Shown here one piece after another: positions 36,457 through 43,547 of a stretch of DNA of 64,000 nt. Location: IMG/VR virus record IMGVR_UViG_3300008108_000118. One strand, written 5' to 3'. Made by a program: the position numbers and the translations under genes. The notes beneath the pieces are model-generated. The model was not told the origin of the DNA. It did not search any database and saw only the letters and a list, made by a program, of their open reading frames with translations. Source of the DNA: a virus. Each line of letters begins with the position of its first letter. The stretch's first letter is position 1.

Positions 36457-36463
36457 TCAAATA

Positions 36464-36536
36464 CACGGGTGTGGTGAAATTGGTTATCATTTCGGTCTCC
36501 AAAACCGACGTTTCAGATTCGAATTCTGACATCCGT
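36464..36536 (+). tRNA. tRNA-Trp (CCA)
   Basis: Acceptor ACGGGTG/CATCCGT. Anticodon stem TCGGT/ACCGA with loop CTCCAAA. T-arm TCAGA-TTCGAAT-TCTGA. Confidence 0.8.
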
Positions 36537-36540
36537 GCAA

Positions 36541-36613
36541 TGGTTCTATGGTGTAATGGATTAGCACACGAAGCTACGGACTTCGGAGTTTGGGTTCGAG
36601 TCCTAATAGAACC
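36541..36613 (+). tRNA. tRNA-Arg (ACG)
   Basis: Acceptor GGTTCTA/TAGAACC. Anticodon stem CGAAG/CTTCG with loop CTACGGA. Confidence 0.8.
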
Positions 36614-36618
36614 ACATA

Positions 36619-36691
36619 TTGTTCCGTGATGTAATGGTTAGCATACAAGAATTTGACTCTTGTAGTATAGGTTCGAGTCCTATCGGAACAT
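36619..36691 (+). tRNA. tRNA-Gln (TTG)
   Basis: U1-A72 acceptor TGTTCCG/CGGAACA. Anticodon stem CAAGA/TCTTG with loop ATTTGAC. Confidence 0.75.
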
Positions 36692-36697
36692 CATAAA

Positions 36698-36780
36698 GGA
36701 GAGGTCGTATAGTGGTTTAGTACAGTAGTCTTGAAAACTACCGAGTTTAGGCTCCGTGGGTTCGAATCCCACCCTCTCCG
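36698..36780 (+). tRNA. tRNA-Ser (TGA), type II
   Basis: Acceptor GGAGAGG/CCTCTCC. Anticodon loop CTTGAAA. Long variable arm. Confidence 0.8.
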
Positions 36781-36785
36781 CATAT

Positions 36786-36864
36786 GGTGGCCTGAGATGG
36801 GTTGGTTACATCGTCAGATTGTGGCTCTGAAGAACACGGGTTCGACTCCCGTAGGTCACACCAA
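36786..36864 (+). tRNA. tRNA-His (GTG) with extra 5' G(-1), CCA encoded
   Basis: G-1 precedes acceptor GTGGCCT/AGGTCAC. Anticodon stem TCAGA/TCTGA with loop TTGTGGC. Confidence 0.75.
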
Positions 36865-36867
36865 AAG

Positions 36868-36955
36868 GAGAGTAAACTACGACGGTGAGTAGACATGCCT
36901 GCTAAGCATTGTGTTCGTTAATTCGGATGAGGTTCGATCCCTCTACTCTCCGCCA
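36868..36955 (+). tRNA. tRNA-Ser (GCT), type II, CCA encoded
   Basis: Acceptor GGAGAGT/ACTCTCC. Anticodon loop CTGCTAA. Long variable arm. T-arm GAGG-TTCGATC-CCTC. Confidence 0.75.
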
Positions 36956-36958
36956 AAT

Positions 36959-37031
36959 GCCGTGGGTTAGTGGAATACGACTATCTCTCATAAGGATGGA
37001 GAACACAGTTCGAACCTGTGCTACGGTACCA
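36959..37031 (+). tRNA. tRNA-Met/Ile2 (CAT) with short D-loop, CCA encoded
   Basis: T-arm CACAG-TTCGAAC-CTGTG. Anticodon stem TATCT/GGATG (2 G-U) with loop CTCATAA. G-U-containing acceptor stem. Confidence 0.55.
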
Positions 37032-37051
37032 AAAAAAAGTTTTAAAAAGAT

Positions 37052-37082
37052 TTTGTATTTTAAAAAAGTATTTATATCTTTG
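37052..37082 (+). promoter_or_regulatory. sigmaA-type promoter TTTG-N19-TATCTTTG upstream of the initiator-like tRNA
   Basis: -33 at 37052-55 and -7 at 37075-82, 18 nt before the tRNA 5' end. Confidence 0.5.
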
Positions 37083-37100
37083 TAAAAGTTCTTTAAACAT

Positions 37101-37172
37101 CGTGGCGTGGAGAAGTGGTATCTCACTAGGCTCATAACCTAGGGACCGTTGGTTCGAATCCAACCGCCGCAA
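37101..37172 (+). tRNA. initiator-like tRNA-fMet (CAT) with unpaired C1-A72
   Basis: The C1-A72 mismatch is the bacterial initiator hallmark. D-stem GAGA/TCTC. Anticodon stem CTAGG/CCTAG with loop CTCATAA. T-arm GTTGG-TTCGAAT-CCAAC. Confidence 0.65.
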
Positions 37173-37192
37173 CAAAAAAGTTTTAAAAAGAT

Positions 37193-37223
37193 TTTGTTTT
37201 TTGAAAAACTCTTTTTATATTTG
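37193..37223 (+). promoter_or_regulatory. sigmaA-type promoter TTTG-N19-TATATTTG (first of a tandem pair)
   Basis: -33 at 37193-96 and -7 at 37216-23. Confidence 0.5.
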
Positions 37224-37280
37224 TAAAACAATTCGGTAATACACACCGAAAAAGTTCTTAAAAAAAAAGTTTGACAAAAA

Positions 37281-37312
37281 TTTGGAAAGTTGAAAAACAC
37301 TTCTTATCTTTG
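37281..37312 (+). promoter_or_regulatory. sigmaA-type promoter TTTG-N20-TATCTTTG (second of a tandem pair), directed into the ORF-free GC-rich region
   Basis: -33 at 37281-84 and -7 at 37305-12. Confidence 0.5.
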
Positions 37313-37329
37313 TAAAACAATCGGAAACG

Positions 37330-38214
37330 ATAAAGTTCTTTGAAAATATTGGGCGGTCTATAGTCCATAAAATAAACCATGAAAGTGGTATAAAGTGGAA
37401 TACCTTGGTTTTGGTATTCTGCGGCTTGGGTAACCGAGCTCGAGTAGACAAACGAGATATCGTCTGACCTTTAGTACTGAGGGTAACACTGTAGGGAAAG
37501 TGGTTGGGCGATCAAGCGATGTGGGTCGTTTGGTTGAGGTGGGAACACCAATAAGAATAACTCGTAGAATTATTGCAAGAAATGTTGTTATCCGACTTCA
37601 TAATTGCGTTTTTCAATATTATGGTTGTCTTAAAACCGAAAGGTATGTTAGTGTACAGGTGGTGCTGTTATTAACCTTAACCTTAGCCTACCAAGGCATG
37701 AGTTATGAAGATGAGCAAAAATATGGAGGTGGGGACATCTCAGAGGGTAGTTTAGTATTTAGCCGTTCAAAAGATGGCTGAGCTGGTGACGAACCACTAC
37801 CTTCACAATCCACAAACCAATAACTTGCATCCATTTAATTGCAAAATTAATAAATCAAGGAAAAGTGTTCGTCAGTTGTGGATGACAGGTCACTACATAG
37901 TCATGAGTTGTTCATGGCCATGAAGGGTCCCAAGCCCAACATGATTTTCACCAAAGTTCTCTAATCTCGCAAGGATTAATTGGGGTGGCAACCTCGAAGA
38001 GTGATGAGTAATGAGAGAGTGATTCACAACTTAAGGATTGGTTAATCTAATTGACCGTGACTGATTATTACTACTCAAAAGGTAGTGGATAAGGGAAGAA
38101 TCAATAATGTCCCAAAGATAATCACCCGAACGTGTAATCTCAGCGTTTTATTTTCCTGATTTTTATAAAATCATGGTGGTGGAGTAATAAAAAGATTTCA
38201 TGCCGCAAGGCCCC
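37330..38214 (+). ncRNA. candidate large structured noncoding RNA (~0.9 kb, GC-richer than flanks, no credible ORF), bounded by the tandem promoters and the terminator at 38215-38244
   Basis: No ORF over 93 aa in any frame inside a genome that is otherwise about 90% coding. Base composition shifts to GC-rich. Many local inverted repeats. Defined promoter and terminator. Adjacent to tRNA arrays. Confidence 0.4.
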
Positions 38215-38244
38215 AAAGGTTAGATTTTTCTAACCTTTTTTTGT
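38215..38244 (+). terminator. intrinsic terminator (AGGTTAGA-TTTT-TCTAACCT plus T7)
   Basis: Perfect 8-bp stem followed by a T-run. Ends the ORF-free unit. Confidence 0.7.
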
Positions 38245-38274
38245 TTTTATATTTTTTTTATTTATATTATACCT

Positions 38275-39027
38275 ATGAGATTAATTTGTATATCAGACAC
38301 ACATTCTTTACATGAAAGAATGACACATAAAGTTGAAAAATATATCGATCCTGATCAAGACAATATACTCATCCATGCGGGGGATTGTACTAATATGGGT
38401 AGAGAACCTGAAATTATTGAATTTGTTTATTGGTATCAAAATTTAAAAGGATTTGATACCAAGATCTTTATTGCGGGTAATCATGATTTTGGTTTTGAAC
38501 ATTATAATGGTCTTCGTCATAGTAATGAGGCACCTTGGTTACATCATATAATAAATGAGGAGAATTTATCTCAATCAGATGTCGTTTATCTTCATGATTC
38601 TGAATTTGTAATTGAACATCCGAAATTTTCAAGACCAATTAAATTTTATGGAAGTCCTTGGCAACCTGAATTTTATAATTGGGCATTTAATCTTCCAAGA
38701 AATGGTTGGGAGTTAGAACTTAAATGGAAAGAAATACCAGATGATACTGATATATTGATCACACACGGACCTCCACATGGTTGTAGAGATTTTACACCAC
38801 AAAATTTACAAGTTGGTTGTGAATTGTTGAGATATAGATTAGATACATTAAAACCACTTGTCCATGTGTTTGGACATATTCATCATGCATATGGTGGTGC
38901 ATATATTGATGATGTTTTATACATTAACGCATCAACATGTACAGAAAGATATGTCCCACGTAATAGACCTATTGTTGTTGATTTAAAAGAAGAAGATGGT
39001 AAAATAGTTACTACCTATATTGATTAA
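38275..39027 (+). CDS. calcineurin-like metallophosphoesterase
   Basis: Motifs DTH, GDCTN (GD), GNHD and GHIHH match the MPP superfamily signature D-x-H...GD...GNH[DE]...H...GH-x-H. Confidence 0.85.
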   Translation: MRLICISDTHSLHERMTHKVEKYIDPDQDNILIHAGDCTNMGREPEIIEFVYWYQNLKGFDTKIFIAGNHDFGFEHYNGLRHSNEAPWLHHIINEENLSQSDVVYLHDSEFVIEHPKFSRPIKFYGSPWQPEFYNWAFNLPRNGWELELKWKEIPDDTDILITHGPPHGCRDFTPQNLQVGCELLRYRLDTLKPLVHVFGHIHHAYGGAYIDDVLYINASTCTERYVPRNRPIVVDLKEEDGKIVTTYID

Positions 39028-39068
39028 GTTTTTCATTTTTATATGATATTTATATATAAACAATATCT

Positions 39069-39269
39069 ATGAAAAATATAATTGATTTTTTAAAAAACCT
39101 ATTAACAAAAAAATCTGAAGAAGTTATTTCAGAAATAAAACAAAAGGTTGTATCTGAAATAAAGGGTGAACCTGAGAAAGTAGAAGAACCTGTTAAGGTT
39201 GAGGAACCAAAAGAAGAAATCGTCGAAGAAAAACCCAAAAAAAGAGGTAGAAAGAAAAAGGTAGATTAA
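39069..39269 (+). CDS. small Lys/Glu-rich hypothetical protein
   Basis: 66 aa. Low complexity. Followed by a terminator. Confidence 0.35.
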   Translation: MKNIIDFLKNLLTKKSEEVISEIKQKVVSEIKGEPEKVEEPVKVEEPKEEIVEEKPKKRGRKKKVD

Positions 39270-39291
39270 TAAAAAAAATAAAAGATAAATT

Positions 39292-39320
39292 GGGTTAAAT
39301 TTTTATTTAACCCTTTTTTT
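39292..39320 (+). terminator. intrinsic terminator (GGGTTAAAT-TTTT-ATTTAACCC plus T7)
   Basis: 9-bp stem followed by a T-run. Confidence 0.6.
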
Positions 39321-39350
39321 GTCTATATTTGTGAAAGTTCTTTAAAATAT

Positions 39351-39743
39351 GGGGGTGTCCAGGTATTGATTGGCGTTTATATGGTAAATGGGCACGTAGT
39401 CAGATGTCATCTATGACTTAAATCTACGGTGGTAAAAATCAAACGGCAACGTTTACAACAACATGGAAATTGCAGGTATCCTTGCAACTTCTAAAGTAGC
39501 TGCTTAATAAGTACCTACTGTCGGGTCGGTTAGGACATATAACCCAGGAACAGAAGTCCGTTATACGGGTCACAGGTCAGAGCTCGTTTAAAATAATTCT
39601 GAGACCAAGTTGTTTGTAGGTAGGTTTCTCACATATATCAAACCTAATATTTTGGAACATTGAGAACCAATGTTATACTAAACGTGTAGTCCATCTATTG
39701 TATGGCGAACAAGACAAGGGTTCGATTCCCTTCACCTCCACCA
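39351..39743 (+). ncRNA. ssrA: tmRNA-like (SsrA-like) RNA, ~393 nt
   Basis: 5' GGGGGTG pairs with 3' CACCTCC-ACCA, giving a 7-bp acceptor stem with G3-U70. T-arm AAGGG-TTCGATT-CCCTT. Possible internal tag frame ...AGILATSKVAA followed by TAATAA. Preceded by TATATTTG and followed by a terminator. Confidence 0.55.
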
Positions 39744-39747
39744 AAAA

Positions 39748-39778
39748 TTAAACCCATCGAATTCGATGGGTTTTTTAT
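39748..39778 (+). terminator. intrinsic terminator (AACCCATCGAATTCGATGGGTT plus T6) after the tmRNA-like gene
   Basis: Perfect palindromic stem followed by a T-run. Confidence 0.7.
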
Positions 39779-39916
39779 TTATAATAACTGAGGTTTATAA
39801 ACGAACAAAGAGGTCTTTAGGACCCCTTTGTCGAGATTTGGAATACCCCCTTTCGTTTTTTTCGAGTTATCATCTAATGGCGACCAAACCATTAAACTCT
39901 AATATAAATATCTAAT

Positions 39917-40867
39917 TTAATAGTTTTGTGCTATTGTTTTCAAAAAATTTAATCCAAATTGACTATTCATATCCATTAAACCACCACCCTGTTGTTGTAG
40001 ATTCTCTTGTCCATTAATCCCTAATCTATCAATTTGGACCAAATCTTCTTGACTTGTTGATTGATTAACAACTTGTGAAAATCTTGGATCGTTTGCCAAT
40101 TTTTCTCTAAATTGTTCATCTTCATTGAATTTCTTTTCAAACGCATCAAAACTCGGTAATCCAAACATGGCTAAAACACCATTAGCGATTATAAATTGTT
40201 TTACCATATTTCTTCTACCACGTCTTGCAGGCATAACTACGTTCCACCAATTAGATAACCAAGTACTTGGTGCTTTTCCTGTTTTTGCAATATATTCTGC
40301 CAATTTTTCTCCTTGAAAGAAATTTTTAAAACCTGTACTAAATTTTCCACCAGCAGAGATCGTAGATCCAATCTGTTTACCTAATCCAACAGGTCTTTGT
40401 AATATTTTACCAATCGCGGTTGTGTGTTCCGCCATTGCATGTCTTAATCCACCAGCGGCTTTGGTACCAATAATTGGTACTTTTTCTAAACTTCTAATTG
40501 TGTTGGTAACAGGTGCGGAATTTATGTATTTACCTAACTCAACATATTTTTTTGCGAACGTTGGATTTTTAGCCGCAAAGGCAACTAAGTTATCTGTATT
40601 TTTCAACGCACCTCTCGCAATAGGACTTTTAAGTAGTCTAATTATTGGTTTAGCGAAAAAATCACCCACTGTCGGTATTAGTGCAATTAACATTAAACCA
40701 GCGTAAAGATATTCCTTTTTGTATATGTAACGAATAATCAATATAATGTCAGCAACCTCACCTATCACAGGTATAAAACCTGCGATCATTAATGCATTTT
40801 CTAAACCATCTTCTTTTAGTAGTTGTTTAGATTCTAAGATTTCCTTTTTTGTATAAATTCTAGACAT
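39917..40867 (-). CDS. hypothetical membrane protein, 316 aa
   Basis: Multiple hydrophobic helices in the N-half. Part of a minus-strand block of probable virion proteins. Confidence 0.5.
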   Translation of the reverse strand: MSRIYTKKEILESKQLLKEDGLENALMIAGFIPVIGEVADIILIIRYIYKKEYLYAGLMLIALIPTVGDFFAKPIIRLLKSPIARGALKNTDNLVAFAAKNPTFAKKYVELGKYINSAPVTNTIRSLEKVPIIGTKAAGGLRHAMAEHTTAIGKILQRPVGLGKQIGSTISAGGKFSTGFKNFFQGEKLAEYIAKTGKAPSTWLSNWWNVVMPARRGRRNMVKQFIIANGVLAMFGLPSFDAFEKKFNEDEQFREKLANDPRFSQVVNQSTSQEDLVQIDRLGINGQENLQQQGGGLMDMNSQFGLNFLKTIAQNY

Positions 40868-40874
40868 TTCAATT

Positions 40875-41495
40875 TTATTTATGGATTAATTTACAAAAGG
40901 GTTGACTAATCGCCTCACCTAAACCAGTATTTCTTATCATTTCACCTGAAAGGTTACCTAATATTGATCCAGGTATACCTGAAAATCCATCATTATTTCT
41001 ATTTAGACCAAATAATGTAGACACACCTGCTCTAAGTGATACCTCAACAACAGCATCCATAATATGTGGAGCATGTTTTAAACAAGTGGGACTATCTTTA
41101 AAAATTCTAATAAAATCAATTGGACTTAAATCAGCAAATGCCTGAGATAAAGTTGTTGACCAACCAGGACTAACACCCATGTATCTTAAAACCCAATTTA
41201 TTGCCAATTCCTTTAAAAATGAAATACCACCTTCTTTTGCTAAATCACCAAAATCAAGTTTATCTAAACCAAGAGATGTTGGTAATGAAAATTCTTTTAA
41301 TAATTGATCATTTACTTCTTTTTCAGTATATCCTTCATTTATCAATTTAATAGATGTATTAAAACATTCTTTTAAATAAATGTTAGGATCATCAATATCT
41401 CTCAAATGTGAAAAAGATTCATTAAGATTAGATTTTCTTTTTTCATTTAATTTTTTACTAACTATACTCTTAGTATCTATTACTATTTTTTTCAT
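40875..41495 (-). CDS. hypothetical protein, 206 aa
   Basis: Co-oriented with and adjacent to its neighbours. Confidence 0.5.
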   Translation of the reverse strand: MKKIVIDTKSIVSKKLNEKRKSNLNESFSHLRDIDDPNIYLKECFNTSIKLINEGYTEKEVNDQLLKEFSLPTSLGLDKLDFGDLAKEGGISFLKELAINWVLRYMGVSPGWSTTLSQAFADLSPIDFIRIFKDSPTCLKHAPHIMDAVVEVSLRAGVSTLFGLNRNNDGFSGIPGSILGNLSGEMIRNTGLGEAISQPFCKLIHK

Positions 41496-41496
41496 T

Positions 41497-43530
41497 TTAG
41501 AATTCTGCGTTTGAGTTAATCCATTTATATTTCATATCACCATCCCCTTTATCGACTTGTTTTGTTTCTACATATCCCTTATCTTCTAAATATTTGTTTA
41601 ATATGTAGTAATCATTACCCGATAATTGTTTTCCTCTCCATACTGCGGCCAATCCTTTTTTAGGCCATCTTTTTCTTTTAATTAATTTATTACTAGCCAA
41701 TAATTCCTGTAATCTGTTTTCATCATATACAGGTTTAATTGGTGTTGGAGGAGGAGGTGCAGGTGTTGGTGCAACTGTAGGTGCTGGTGTTGCAGTAGGT
41801 CCTGGTACTGGTGTGCCGGTTGGACTTGGGTTTTTACCACAAATCTCTTTTTTAACATAATCGTAAACTTCTTTAGTTATAGGATTAATTGGCATCTTCA
41901 CACCTCTTTTTTCAATGATTTCCTCTCTAAGTTTCGCCATCGTTTTAGGTCCAAAATAACCTTTTTGACTTGGTAAATCTAAACATGCTTGTATTTCGGC
42001 TATTTTTTCATTTCTACATCCGAATTCAAACGGGAAATCTTTACATTCTTTATATGGTACCGGTTCTTTTGTTGGTCTAGGTTCTTTTGTTGGACCAGGT
42101 ACAGGAGGTACAGGACCATCTGTTGGTTTTGGTTGACCATCCCAAGTAATTTCAACACCACCTAAATCACCGGTATTGGTACCACCTCCACCGCCTTTAC
42201 CACTTTCAATTTGGTTTATTAATGAATACATCTCTTGTTTGGCTCTAACAGATGATGCGTTTACTGTGTAGATATAATCTAATGATTTTTTTAGACTACC
42301 ACCACCTAAACCTGATGCTTGGTATAGTTTCAAGAATTCTTTACCATTAGCACTTCCAGCATATTTTTTAAGTAATGCTAATGCACTTTGTAAATCACTA
42401 CCTGAAACAGGGAAATCCAATAAATCAATCATTGTTTCAACATCATTATCTATTGATGAAGTTGCTGCCTCATTTATATCTTCATCTATAGTTTGGATGT
42501 TACCACCTTTACATTTCCAACTACCCATGGCCCCCGTCTCTGTATTCATTACTCTACCATTTGTGAAAAATTGTACTCCTTTAGGATATTCACTTGATTT
42601 AACAATAACCCAAACTTGGCCAGTTGAACTTGTCTCTACTTTACCTTGTTGTTTATTTATTAAATCTTGAATACATGGTGCCCATTGTCCATCATTTGGT
42701 GGTGGTGTTGGTGGGAAATCTTCTGGAACAGTTTCTCCACTATCTGCCATCATCCACCATAAGGCCGCTGCAGTTAAACCACCGGCTAGACCCCATTTTA
42801 ATATATCTTTCCAACTCTTTCCTTGTTTTATCCAAATAATTATTTTAATATACCAAGGTCTTGGAATTGGTGGTGGCGGTACCGGTGGTGGTTTTGGTAA
42901 AGTTATCTCTCCACCGCCAGTTTTTTTAATTCTTCTATTTATGGCTTTATCAACTGCTTTAGTTGATACCCCGCCTCCCGATTTCATTTCTCTCGCACCT
43001 TTTTGAAGTAATGCCTCCGCTTCTTTAGCGGACATTCCATATGTTTTTTGTAATGTTTCAGATGCCAATTTAAAGTTTTCAGGATTTGCTGGCATTGCAC
43101 CTCCTTTAGGATAAACCTTTTTTAGAATTTCTTTAAATGTTGGTGATTCACCAATAAGACCTTTTAATTTTAGTGCAATTTCAGGAACTTTATTTGCTTG
43201 TTTAATTACAAGAAATTTCTCAGCAGTACTGAGAGCCCCTGCTTCACCCGGTGCCTTTTTCATTGCGATTAATAACTCGTCAGCGGTTTTAAATCTAGAA
43301 AGTGCGGGTATTTCATTTTTTAATGTGGAAAATAAACCTTTTTCTGATTTTAAAATACTACCGATTGCTTCAATACCTTGTTGAGCAACTTTTGTTACTT
43401 GTTCTTCAATATTTTCAGGATTTTCTTCTTCTGATACCTCGATATTGGGATCTTCATTTTCTAATTTATCATTAACTGATTCAACTAATGATATCATTTT
43501 TCTAATTAATAATGCGTCTCTATTTTCCAT
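41497..43530 (-). CDS. large Pro-rich protein with TM segment and a putative peptidoglycan-binding-like region (possible ejection/virion-associated protein)
   Basis: 677 aa. PPPIPRP, PTPPP and PTPAPPPPTP linkers. The region IAEIQACLDLPSQKGYFGPKTMAKLREEII resembles a PG_binding_1 helix pair. Confidence 0.5.
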   Translation of the reverse strand: MENRDALLIRKMISLVESVNDKLENEDPNIEVSEEENPENIEEQVTKVAQQGIEAIGSILKSEKGLFSTLKNEIPALSRFKTADELLIAMKKAPGEAGALSTAEKFLVIKQANKVPEIALKLKGLIGESPTFKEILKKVYPKGGAMPANPENFKLASETLQKTYGMSAKEAEALLQKGAREMKSGGGVSTKAVDKAINRRIKKTGGGEITLPKPPPVPPPPIPRPWYIKIIIWIKQGKSWKDILKWGLAGGLTAAALWWMMADSGETVPEDFPPTPPPNDGQWAPCIQDLINKQQGKVETSSTGQVWVIVKSSEYPKGVQFFTNGRVMNTETGAMGSWKCKGGNIQTIDEDINEAATSSIDNDVETMIDLLDFPVSGSDLQSALALLKKYAGSANGKEFLKLYQASGLGGGSLKKSLDYIYTVNASSVRAKQEMYSLINQIESGKGGGGGTNTGDLGGVEITWDGQPKPTDGPVPPVPGPTKEPRPTKEPVPYKECKDFPFEFGCRNEKIAEIQACLDLPSQKGYFGPKTMAKLREEIIEKRGVKMPINPITKEVYDYVKKEICGKNPSPTGTPVPGPTATPAPTVAPTPAPPPPTPIKPVYDENRLQELLASNKLIKRKRWPKKGLAAVWRGKQLSGNDYYILNKYLEDKGYVETKQVDKGDGDMKYKWINSNAEF

Positions 43531-43547
43531 TTTTTTATTTTTTATTT

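Noticed and set aside
33591-37175. Small ORFs from the six-frame track inside the tRNA arrays (33591..33794-, 33731..33934-, 34205..34387+, 34729..35025-, 36348..36629+, 36902..37135-, 36981..37175-, 37215..37451-)
   Set aside because: They overlap well-folded tRNA genes or promoter repeats and have atypical composition. Spurious.
37500-37781. 93-aa ORF inside the candidate large ncRNA
   Set aside because: It has no start context or promoter motif of its own and a Gly/Arg/Val-rich composition unlike the phage proteins. It is the only open frame in the unit.
37330-38214. RNase P RNA in the ORF-free GC-rich region
   Set aside because: Segments resembling GGAAAGUCCGG (GGGAAAGTGG) and GGUAACGCCUGGG (GGGTAACCGAGC) occur, but in the wrong order and spacing for a bacterial RNase P RNA. 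P4 helix partners are not present.
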